NCBI GenBank assembly: GCA_009914755.4
Contig: CP086569.2
Location: 20,416,001-20,480,000, forward strand
Source of the DNA: the human T2T-CHM13v2.0 reference genome, Homo sapiens
DNA length: 64,000 nucleotides
Reading direction: 5' to 3'
This document shows, in pieces, positions 1 through 11,085 of the stretch; within the stretch, counting starts at the first letter, position 1, and the number at the start of each line of letters is the position of its first letter. The notes beneath the pieces were generated by a model. It was not told the DNA's origin. It worked only from the letters and a program-made list of their open reading frames with translations, and searched no databases. The translations under genes and the position numbers were made by a program.

Positions 1-786
1 AGTTTTGTCTCAGAGGAGTATCCGGCTGTGTGAGGTGTCAGTCTGCCCCTACTTGGGGGTGCCTCCCAGTTAGGCAACTGGGGGGTCAGAGACCCACTTT
101 AGGAGGCAGTCTGTCTGTTCTCAGATCTCTAGCATCGTGCTGGGAGAACCACTACTCTCTTCCAAGCTGTCAGATGGACATTTAAGTCTGAAGAGACTTC
201 TGCTGTCTTTTGTTTGGCTATGCCCTGCCCCCAGAGTTGGAGTCTGCAGAGGCATGCAGGCATCTTTGAATGGCAGTGGGCTCCACACAGTTCGAGCTTC
301 CTGGCAGCTTTGTTTACCTACTCAAGCCTCAGCAATGGTGGGCACCCCTCCCCCAGCCTTGCTGCCACTTTATAGTTTGATCTCATACTACTGTTCTTGC
401 AGTGAGTGAGGCTCTGTGGGCATAGGATCCTCCGAGTCATGCACGGGATATAATCTCCTGGTGTGCCTTTTGCTAAGACCATTGGAAAAGTGCAGTATTA
501 GGGCAGGAGTGACCCGACTTTCCAGGTGTCATCTGTCACCCCTTTCTTTGGCTAGGAAAGGGAATTCCCTGACCTCTTGTGCTTCCTGGGTGAGGTGATG
601 CCTCTCCCTGCTTCGTCTCACACTCGGTGCGCTGCACACACTGTCCTGCACCCACTGTCCAACACTCCCCAGTGAGATGAACACAGTACCTCAGTTGGAA
701 ATGCAAAAATCACCCATCTTCTGTGTCACTCACGCTGGGAGCTGTAGACTGGAGCTGTTCCTATTTGGTCATCTTGGCTCCACCCT
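1..786 (-). mobile_element. LINE-1 (L1PA-like) 5'UTR, 5' end at ~784-786; the rest of the element lies left of the window
   Basis: Reverse complement of 729-786 (tcacgctgggagctgtagactggagctgttcctatttggtcatcttggctccaccc) matches the canonical L1PA 5' start GGGGGAGGAGCCAAGATGGCCGAATAGGAACAGCTCCGGTCTACAGCTCCCAGCGTGAG. Bases 1-80 match the reverse complement of the L1 5'UTR around nt 700-780 (GCCTAACTGGGAGGCACCCCCCAG...). Confidence 0.8.
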
Positions 787-2616
787 GATTAACTTATTCC
801 TGTGCAAAAAGCTGAAATATCTCTACAATGAAAACTGTAAAATATTGGTGCAAGGAATTGAAGAGGACACAAAAAAATGGAAAGATAGTCTATGCTTAGA
901 ATTCTCAAGAATCATTATTGTGAAATGTCCATACTATCCAAAGTAATCTACAGATTCAATGCAATCTCTGTTGAAATATCAATTCTATTCTTTGCAGAAA
1001 TAGGAAAAACCATCTTAAAGTTTATGTGGAACTACAAAAGACTCAGAATCCTGAACAAACAGAACAAAAAAGGAAGAATTATATTTACGTGTCTTCAAAT
1101 TATACTTCAGAGGTATAGTAATCAAAGCACGATGTAGTGGCACAAAACCACACACATAGACTGGTGGAACAGAACACAGATCCCAGGAACAAATCCACAG
1201 ACCTATATGTAGTTAACTCATTTTTTTACAAAGGTGCCAAGAACATAAGTTGGTGAAAAGGACAGTCTCTTCAATAACTGGTGTTGCAAAAATTGGATAT
1301 TCATATGCAGAAAAATAAAACTAGACCCTATCTACCACCATATGCAAAAATCAAATCAAAATGGCTCAACCACTTAATTTTAAGCCTTCAAACCATGAAA
1401 CTACTACAAGAAAATATTGGGGAAACTCTCCAGGACAGTGAACTGGGCAAAAATTTCTTGAGTGCTACCCCACGAGCTCAGGCAACCAAAGCAAAATTAG
1501 ACAAATAAGGTCACAGGAAGCTAAAAAGCTTTTGCACAATAAAGGAAAGCAATTAACAGAGTGAAGAAACAACCTGCAGAGTGGGAGAAAACTTTGCCAA
1601 ATATCTGTCTGACATGGGATTAATCACCATAATATATAGGGAAGCTAAACAACTGTATTTTTAAAAATCTAATAATTCAATTTAAAAATTAGCCAAAAAA
1701 ATCTGAATAGACATTTTTGAAAAGAAGACCTATAGGCTTATGAAAAGGTGATCAACATCATTGAACATTAGAGAAATGAAAATCAAAACTACAATGAGAT
1801 ATCATCTCACCCCCATTAAAATAACTTTTGTCCAAATAAGCAGTTACAAAAGGGAACTCTCAAACAATGTTGGTGGAAATGTAAAATAGGATGATCATTA
1901 TAGAGGCCATTTTGGAGGTTTCTACAAAAAACTGAAAATAGATCCAGCAATCCTGCTGCTGGATATATACCCAACAAAAACCAAAACAGTATATGGAAGA
2001 GATATCTGCATTCCCATGTTTGTTGCAACACTGTTCACAATAGGGAATATTTGGAAGCAATCTAAGTGTCAATCAATAGAGGACTGCATAAAGAAAATAT
2101 AAGTATACTCAATGGAGTATAATGCAGCCATGCAAAAGATTGACATCCTATTATTTGCAATAACAGAGTAAACTGTAGTCAAATATGATAATCCCAGAAC
2201 AGAAAGACAAACTTAGCATGTTCTCACTTACTTGAGGGAGCTAAAAATAAAAACAATTAAGCCTACACAGATAGAGAGTAGAAGGATGGGTATGAGAACC
2301 TAGGAAGTGTAGTAGTGCATTGGAGGAGGAAGTGGAGATAGTTAATGGAACAAAAAAATAGTGAAGATCTATTATTTTATAGCATAATGGGATGACTGTA
2401 ATTAATAATAATTTAATTATACATTTAAAAATAGCTATAAGTGTACAAATGGTTTGTTGTAACATAATGTATAAATGCTTGAGGCAATTGATACCTCATT
2501 TACCCAGGTATGATTATTACACTTTGTATGCCTGTATCAAAATAGCCTACATATTCTATAAACATATACCTCTACTATGCACCATGTAAAATTAAAAAAT
2601 TAAAAATTGAAAAAAG
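787..2616 (+). mobile_element. Older LINE-1 (L1M/L1PB-like) ORF2 3' half plus 3'UTR, A-rich end at ~2600
   Basis: Translation gives degenerate L1 ORF2 C-terminal motifs (…IVKCPYYPK.. YRFNAISVEI.. LKFMWNYKR.., then MRYHLTPIKITFVQ… WWKCKIG..). It ends aaaattaaaaaattaaaaattgaaaaaag. Confidence 0.75.
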
Positions 2617-4621
2617 AACTCTAATTGCCATATGAGAGTCATCATAGGTGCCCCTGTAGACAGCTCACCTAATCCTCCAGCCAACAGCTGCCATCAACTG
2701 GCCATGTGAGTGTGCCATTTTTGACATCCTTTGGATAACTACGACCCGAGGTGATATCTGACAGCAACCCATCCAAGTCTTTACTATGGTGAAAGAGAAT
2801 TACTACCCTTGGCCCTTCTAACAATTCCTGACCCAGTGAATTGTGAGCAAAATAAGCTGTGTTTTAATATGTGATGTTTGGGGTAATATGTTAGTCAGCA
2901 AATAGTAAGTAAAACAGATCCCTGGTGTAAAGTAAGTAAAACAGTTGCCCCAGGGTGCAAAGGGGTTGATAATTTGCCCATGGTTTCATACCTAAGGGTT
3001 AGTGCTAAGACTTAAACTTCAATGCTAAATCCAAATTATTTTATCACAGTATCTTCTCAACATCTCTTGATAGTTTCTTTCTATTGAGAACCTTATTTTC
3101 AGACTCAGTTGATTTCCAAACCTCTCTGCACATCAGAGTTAACTGTATACAGGTTATGATAGAGATTGCCATTCCAATTCTATAAAGTCAGATTTTAAAG
3201 GCATGAGACCAGGAATCTGCATCCTAAAGTGGCACCCCAGGTGACACTGAGGCAGTCTGTGAAGCTATCAGTAGATCCTACTGCTCAGCCAGGATATTCT
3301 AGACTAATTAGAAGTGACCAGCAAGATTTCCTTTGAAATATTTTCAGCATTGGACAATTACTCAGTTGTGTGCTTATCTGGTTATATTTAGACTTTATGA
3401 GCCCTAACTTCTGCACTATTTTCTTGACCCCTAAAACTAGAAGACAAAAGCTAATGGTATTGTATCTGGCAAAAAAGTGTTTTTTGAGCAACTCAAGTGT
3501 GGCAACACCTTCCTAGATTTTGGGGTCATTGCCTTCTAAGAATGAAGCATTAGGATGAGGACCTAAATGTAAAATCACTTCAGAACATCAAATGACAAGT
3601 GTTTGTGACCATAAGCACAATGGAATGGAAAGAATTATACCCAAATATGCTAAGAAGTATCAGTTTAAATGAGGCCCAGTGGAGGAAATTTTACCTGGGG
3701 CTGGATGTCTAATGAGATCTGAAAAGCAAAAAGATTACTCCAGGTAGAGCCTAGGAGCTTAAGCTCCAAGGGCAGAGAGGAGAAGAAATGTATTCAGTGG
3801 GAAGGGAACAGTTTACACGGTGTAATTTAAGACAGCTTTAGAAGTAGAAGAGAGAGATAAAGCAGACTTGGGAAATGGGGAAAGGCTTGAAGCTGAATTC
3901 AGATTTTTATTTTTTCCATTTCCAAATTCCAGTGTTATTAAAGATCAAGTACTGAACTCTATATTTTATTGAAAATAAAAATAAATTAATAGAATTTTCT
4001 TAGCAGATTATTTAACATTTTCCCCTGCGATATTTTTACAGGAGATACTGTGAAGAATTTTTAAAGGAAAAATAATTTGTTTCTGCCATTTTGGAACTTT
4101 AAGAATCCCACCATTTTTAGCTACTAAAATGGCTAAAACATAAAAGTGAGAAAATTCTGAGGGCTGGCAAGGGGAACTCTCATATATGCCTAGTGGAAGT
4201 GAAAAAAAATTGATAAAATTTGTCACACCTGTGGTCCCAGCCACTCACGAGGCTATATTTTTGCACACGTATTTTACATGTCTACATAAATAATATGTGT
4301 AGCCTCCAAATATATGCACATGTGCATAAATATAGATGAAAACATTATTCTTAATGACAAAACCAAAAGTAGCCAAATGTTCTTCAACTGTAGAACAGAT
4401 TATTTAATTTTGGTATAGTCACACAAGGGAATATTCAGCAATGAGCATTAATGAACTACAATCATATACAACAGTAAATAAATTCCATAAACATAATGTT
4501 AGGCAAGAGAAGCCAACCAAAAACAACCTTTATTTTTATAAAATACACAATATATAAAGCCAATCAATGTTGTTAAAAGTTAAGAGTTACAGACATATAA
4601 GTTTACACATAATTAATGCAT

Positions 4622-4784
4622 AGCTTGCTGAGAAACAACATCCATGTAACCAGAACCCAGTTTAGAGATAGAATATCATCACTCTGATAGTGACAGCAAG
4701 GCAATCAGGAATTTCTAGGGAAGTGGTGATTTTCTATTCCTTAAACTGAGTTCTGGTTACATGGATGTTGTTTCTCAGCAAGCT
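4622..4784. repeat. Long imperfect palindrome: 42-bp arms at 4622-4663 and 4743-4784 with one mismatch, and a 79-bp spacer that is itself partly self-complementary
   Basis: agcttgctgagaaacaacatccatgtaaccagaacccagttt … aaactgagttctggttacatggatgttgtttctcagcaagct. The spacer contains atagaatatcatcact / agtggtgattttctat. It resembles a MITE / non-autonomous DNA transposon or a hairpin-RNA precursor. Confidence 0.7.
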
Positions 4785-4867
4785 GTGAACTAACTATGTG
4801 TATACTTGTGTGTCTGTATGTTTCACTTCAATAAAAGTGTTAAAAGTTAATGTAGTTGGGGATAAAA

Positions 4868-4917
4868 CACAATACAATACAATACAGTGCAGTACAGTAC
4901 AGTACAATACAATACAA
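4868..4917. repeat. Pentanucleotide microsatellite (CAATA)n/(CAGTA)n
   Basis: acaatacaatacaatacagtgcagtacagtacagtacaatacaatacaag. Confidence 0.85.
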
Positions 4918-6381
4918 GAGAAGGGCCCAAGAAGGGTCTGTTAGACCAGAGTAGGAATCATTGGAATTTTGGCAAAGTTGCCAATAAAATCTGAGGCTAT
5001 GCTGCAGTTTCCAGAATGCTCCACACTCTCCATATTGTATTGTTCTAAAGAACAACTATTAGAAGAGCCTACCAGGAGGGACCAAGATGATCAAATAAGA
5101 ACAGGTCTGGTCTGCAGCTCCAAGTGAGGTCAACGCAGAAGGTGGGTGATTTTTGCAATTCAAACTGAGGTAATCAGTTCTTCTAATTGGGACTGTTTAA
5201 GCAGGGAGGCACAGCCCATGGAGGGCAAGCAGAAGCAAGGTGGGGCTTCACTTCATCTAGGAAGTGGAAGCAGCTGAGTACCTCCCTCTCCCAACCAAGG
5301 GAATTCATGAGGGACTGTGCTACCCATATGAGTTACTATGCTCTTCCCACAATTTTTGAAATCTGCAGATCAGGAGATTCCCTTGTATGCCTACATCACC
5401 AGAGCCCTGGGTTTCAAGGACAAAACTGGGTATGGTTTGGGCAGACACTGAGCTAGCTGCAGGAGTTTTTTTAATGCCGCAGTGGTGCCTTGAACCCCAG
5501 TGAGACAAAGCCATTCACTCCCCTGGAAAGGGGGCTGAAGCCATGGAGCCAAGCCGTCTCACTCAATGGATCCCATTCCCACAGGACCCAGTAAGCTATG
5601 AACCACTGGCGTGAAATGCTCACTGCCAGCGCAGCAGTCTGAAGTCTACCTGGGACAATCCAGCTTGGTTCAGGGAGGGGCATCCACCATTACTGAGTAG
5701 GTGGTTTTCCCCTGACAGTGCTAAGGAGGCTGGGAGGTCTAGGCTGGGCCCAGCAAAGCAGCTGTGGCCAGACTGCTTTTCTAGATTCCTCCTCACTGGG
5801 CAGGGCATCTCTGAAGGAAAGGAAATAGCCTCAGTCATGGGATTACAGACAAAACCCACAACTCCTTGGGACAGAGCACCTGGGGGAAGGGCAGCTATGG
5901 GAGCAGCTTCAGCGGATTTAATCATTATTGCCTGCCTGCTCTGAAGAGAGCAGCTGATCCTGACAGAGGGATTTCTCCCAGCACAGTACACCAGCTCTGC
6001 AAAGGGACAGACTGCCTCCTCAAGTGGGTCCCTGACCCCCGTGCCTCCTGACTGGGAGAAACCTCCCAACAGTAGTCGACAGACACCTAATACAGGAGAG
6101 CTCTGACTGGCATCAGGCTGGTGCCCATCTGGGGCACAGCTTCCAGAGGAAGGAATGGGTAGCAATCTTTGCTGTTCTGCAGCCTCTGCTGGTAATACAC
6201 AGGTGAAAAGTGTCTGAAGTGGACCTCCAGCAAACTGCAGTAGACCTGCATAAGAGGGACCTAACTGTTAGAAGAAAAGCTACAAAACAGAAAGCTATAA
6301 TATAAACATCAGCATAAAGGACCCCCACAAGAAAACCCCATCCAAAGGTCATCAGCCTTAAAGATCAAAGATAGATAAGCC

Positions 6382-7406
6382 ATGCAGATGAGGAAAACCC
6401 CACACAAAAACTCTGAAAATTCTGGAAACCAGAATGCCTCTTCTCCTCCAAATGCTTACAACTTCTCTCCAGCAAAGGCACAAAACAGGATGGGGAATGA
6501 GATTGACAAATTGACAAAAGTGGGCTTCAAAAGGTGGGTAATAACAAACACCTCTGAGCTAAGGGAATATGTTTTAACCCAATGCAAGCAAGCTAAGAAC
6601 CTTTATAAATGGTTAGAGGAACTGCTTGCTAGAATGATCAGTTTAGAGAGGAACAAAAATGACCTGATGGACCTGAAAAACACAAGAACTTTGTGAAGCA
6701 TATGCAAGTATCAATAGCCAAATTGATCAAGCAGAAGAAAGGATATTAAAGGCTGAAGACCAACTTACTGAAATAAGGTGTGAGGACAAGATTAGAGAAA
6801 AAAAATGAAAAGTAATGAACAGTCTCCCATTAATATGGGACAATGTGCAAAGACCAAACCTATGAATGATTGGTGTAACTGAAGGTGACAGGGAGGGATA
6901 ATGAAATCAAGTTGGAAAACACACTTCAGGATATTACCCAGAAGAAATTCCCCAACTAGCAAGACAGGCCAGCATGCAAATTCAGGAAATACAGAGAATG
7001 CAACTAGGATACTCTTCAAGACAAGCAACCTCAAGAAACATAATCATCAGATTCTCCAAGGTTAAAAAGAAGAAAAAAGTGTTAAGGGCATCTGAGAGAA
7101 AGGTCAGGTTACCTACAAAAGAAAGCCAGTCAGAATAACAGTGGATCTCTCTGCAGAAACCTACAAGCCAGAATAGATTGGGGGCCAATACGCAACATTC
7201 TTTAAGAGAAGAATTTTCAACCCAGAATTTCATATCCAGCCAAACTAAGCTTCATAAGCAAAAGATAAATAAAATCCTTTCCAGACAAGCAAATGCTGAG
7301 TGATTTTGTCACCACCAGGCCAGGTTTATAAGAGCTCTTGAAGGAAGCACTAAATATGGAAAGGAAAACCTGGTACCAGCCACTGAAAAAATGCAGCAAA
7401 ATATAA
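6382..7406 (+). pseudogene. L1 ORF1p remnant (interrupted)
   Basis: Track ORF 6382..6696 is similar to the L1 ORF1p N-terminus and coiled-coil. Stops appear downstream. Confidence 0.7.
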
Positions 7407-7467
7407 AGACCAATGACACCGAAGAAACTGCATCAACTAATGTGCAAAATTACCACCTAGCATTAAG

Positions 7468-10378
7468 ATGACAGGATCAAATTCACACATAACAATACTA
7501 ACAATAAAAGTAAATGGGTTAAATGCCCCAGTTAAAAGACACAGACTGGAAAATTGGATAAAGAGTCAAGACCCATCAGTGTGCTGTATTCAGGAGACCC
7601 ATCAAAAAACCAAGAGTTGCAACCCTAGTCTCTGATAAAACAGACTTTAATCAAACAAAGATAAAAAAAGACAAAGAAGGGCATTACATAATGTTAAAGA
7701 TGTCAGTGCAACAAGAAGAGCTAACTATCCTAAATATATATGCACCCAATACAGGAGCACCTAGATTCATAAACAAGTTTTTAATGAACTACAGAGACTT
7801 AGACTCCCACACAATAATAGTGGGAGACTTTAACATCCCACTGTCAATATTAGATCAACGAGACAGAAAATTAACAAGGATATTCAGGACTTGAACACAG
7901 CTCTAGACCAAGAAGACCTAATCAACATCCACAGAACTCACCAACAGACATCACCAACCAAAAACATCCAGGACCAGATAGATTTACAGACAAATTATTC
8001 CAGAGGTACAAAGAGAAACTGGTATCACTCTTTCTTGAAACAATTCCAAACAATAGAAAAAGAGGGACTCCTCCCTAACTCATCTTATGAAGTGCATCAT
8101 CCTGATACCAAAACCTAGCAGAGACACAACAAAAAAAGGAAATTTCAGGCCAACATCCCTGATGAACATCGATGGAAAATCCTCAATAAAATACTGGCAA
8201 ATGGAATCCAGCAACACATCAAAAAGCTTATCCACCACAATCAAGTTGGTTTCATAGCTGGTATGCAATTCTGCTTCAACATATGAAAATCAGTAAATGT
8301 AATCCATCACACAAATAGAACCAATGACAAAAAGCATATGATTATCTCATAGAAACAGAAAAGGACTTCTGTAAAATTTAATATTCCTTCATGCTAAAAT
8401 ATCTCTGTGAATTAGATGTTGATGTAACATATCTCAAAATGATAAAAGCTATTTGTGACAAACCTACAGCCAATATCATATTGAATGGGCAAAAGCTGGA
8501 AGCATTCCCTTGAAAACTGGCACAAAACAAGAATGTGCTCTCTCACCACTCTTACTCAACATAATATTGGAAGTTCTGGCCAGGGAAATCAGGCAAGACA
8601 AAAAAATAAAGGGTATTCAAATAAGAAGAGAGGAAGTCAAATTGTCTCTGTTTGCAGATGACACAATTGTATATTTAGCAAACGCATTGTCTTAGTCCCA
8701 AAACTCCTTAAGCTGATAGGCAACTTCAGCAAAGGCTCAGGATACAAAACCAATGTGAAAAAATTATGAGCATTCCTATACACCAACAACAGACAATCAG
8801 AGAGCCAAATCATGAGTAAACTCCCATTCACAATTACTATAAAGACAATAAAATAACTAGGCATACAACTTACAAGGGACATGAAGGACCTCTTCAAGGA
8901 GAACTACAAGCCACAGCTCAAGGAAATAAGAGAGTACACAAACAAATGGAAAAACATTTCATGCCCATGGACAGGAAGAATTAATATCGTGAAAATGGCC
9001 ATACTACCCAAAGTAATTTATAGATTCAATTTTATTACCATCAACCCACCATGGACTTTCTTTGCAGAATTGGAAAAAAAACTACTTTTAATTTCATATG
9101 GAACCAAAAAAGAGCCCTTATAGCCAAGACAATCTTAAGCAAAAAGAACAAAGCTGAAGGGATCATGCTATTTGACTTCAAACTACACTACAAGGCTACA
9201 GTAACCAAACAGCGTGGTACTGGTACCAAAACAGATATATAGACCAATGGAAGAGAACAGAAACCTCAGAAATTACACCACACATCTACACCCATCTGAT
9301 TTTTGACAAATCTTACAAAAAAAGCAATGGGGAAAGGATTCCCTATTTAACAAATGGTGATGGAAGAACTGGCTAGCCATATGCAGAAAACAGAAACTGA
9401 ACTTCTTTCTTACACTTTACACAAAAATTAAAGATTTACTGTAAATCCCAAAGCCATAAAAACCCTAGGAGAAAACCTAGGCAATACCATTCAGGACATA
9501 GGCATGGGCAAAGGCTTCATGACTAAAACACCAAAAACAATGGCAATAAAGGCCAAAATTGTCAAATGGAATCTAATTGAACTAAGGAGCTTCTGCACAG
9601 TGAAAGAAACTCTCATCAGAGTGAACAGGCAACCTAGAGAATGGGAGAAAATTTTTACAAGCTACCCATCTGACAAAGGTCTAATATCTAGAATCTACAA
9701 GAAACTTAAACAAACTTACAAGTAAAAAAGCAGACAATCTCTTCAAAAAGTGGGCAAATGATATGAACAGCCATTCCTCAAAAGAAGACGTTTATGCAGC
9801 CAAAAAAAAACAACAAAAAAACATGAAAAAAAACTCATCATCACTGATGATTAGAGAAAGGAAAATGAAAACCACAATGAGATACCATCTCACATCAGTT
9901 AGAATGGTGATTATTAAAAAGTCAGGAAACAACAGATGCTGATGAGGCTGTGGAGAAATCGAAATGCTTTTTACACTGTTGGTGGAAGTGTAAATTAGTT
10001 CAACCATTGTGGAAGACAGTATGGCAATTTCTGAAGGATCTGGAAGCAGAAATACCATTTGACCCAGCAATCCCATTACTGGGTGTATACTCAAAGGATC
10101 ATAAATCATTCTGCTATAAAGACACATGCACCCTTTTGTTTACTGTAGCACTATTTACAATAGCAAATCCTTGGAACCAACCCAAATGTCCATCAGTGAT
10201 AGACTGGATAAAGAAAATGTGGCAAATATACACCATGGAATATTATGCAGCCGTGAGAAAGAATGAGTTGATATCCTTTGCAGGGACATGGATGAAGCTG
10301 GAAGCCATCATTCTCAGCAAACTAACACAGGAACAGAAAACCAAACACCACATGTTCTCACTCATAAGTGGGAGGTGA
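7468..10378 (+). pseudogene. L1 ORF2p (endonuclease/reverse transcriptase) remnant, multiply interrupted
   Basis: Track ORFs at 7691..7894, 8510..8695, 8881..9123, 9504..9725 and 9950..10378 carry EN, RT (FADD) and C-terminal ORF2 motifs. Confidence 0.75.
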
Positions 10379-10761
10379 ACAATGAGAAACACATGGACAC
10401 AGGGAGGGAAACATCACACAGTGGGGCCTGTCAGAGGACAGGAGGCAAAAGGAAGGGAGAGCACTGGGACAAATGCCTAATGTTTAAGGGGATTAAGACC
10501 TAGAAGATGGATTGATAGGTGCAGTAAACCACCATGGCACATGTATACCTATGTAACAAACCTGCACATTCATCCCAGAACTTAAAGTAAATTTAAAAAA
10601 AAGAAGAAGAAAGAAAAAGAACAATTGTTACATCTAGCTTGTCCTACTTCCAATTCTACCCTACTATTATTTACAGAATTTGGGGTACCTCACATCAGAA
10701 CTCTCCTACGTAAAGATGGCTTAAATTTCTATTGACCCTCACCATTAAACATATCACTCCC

Positions 10762-11085
10762 GGCCGGGTGCAGTGGAACACGCCTGTAATCCCAGCACTT
10801 TGGGAGACCAAGGCAGGCAGATCACGAGGTCACGAGATCGAGACCAGCCTGACCAACATGGTGAAACCCTATCTCTACTAAAAATACAAAAATTAGCTGG
10901 TTGTGGTGGCATGTGCCTGTAATCCCAGCTACTCAGGAAGCTGAGGCAGGAGAATTGCTTGAACCCAGGAATTGGAGGTTGCAGTAAGCCAAGATCATGC
11001 CACTGCACTCCTTCCTGTTGATGAAGCGAGACTCCGTCTCAAAAAACAAACAAACAAACAATAACAACAACAAAAATCTATCACT
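10762..11085 (+). mobile_element. Alu (AluS/Y-like) with (CAAA)n-type tail, TSD ATCACTCC
   Basis: ggccgggtgcagtggaacacgcctgtaatcccagcactttgggag… Flanking direct repeats atcactcc at 10753-10760 and ~11089-11096. Confidence 0.9.

Larger units (their letters stand above)
5070..10622 (+). mobile_element. Near full-length but defective LINE-1 (L1PA-type): 5'UTR ~5070-6381, ORF1 remnant 6382-~7406, ORF2 remnant 7468-10378, 3'UTR to ~10622
   Basis: 5' start ggagggaccaagatgatcaaataagaacag is close to the L1 consensus start. ORF1-like MQMRKTPHKNSENSGNQNASSPP…NDLMDLKNTRTL. ORF2 start MTGSNSHITILTIKVNGLNAPVKRHRLENWIKSQDPSVCCIQETH. RT motif …[13 protein letters not shown]-terminus …HMFSLISGR*. Many frameshifts and stops. 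A-rich 3' end. Confidence 0.9.

Noticed and set aside
2617-4200. ~1.6 kb between the old L1 3' end and an Alu-like 35-bp fragment at ~4205-4245. I checked it for LTR/DNA-transposon hallmarks.
   Set aside because: I found no terminal repeats, no recognisable consensus blocks and no ORFs. I treat it as unique, probably ancient decayed sequence. RepeatMasker might still call MIR/L2/MLT fragments that I cannot see.
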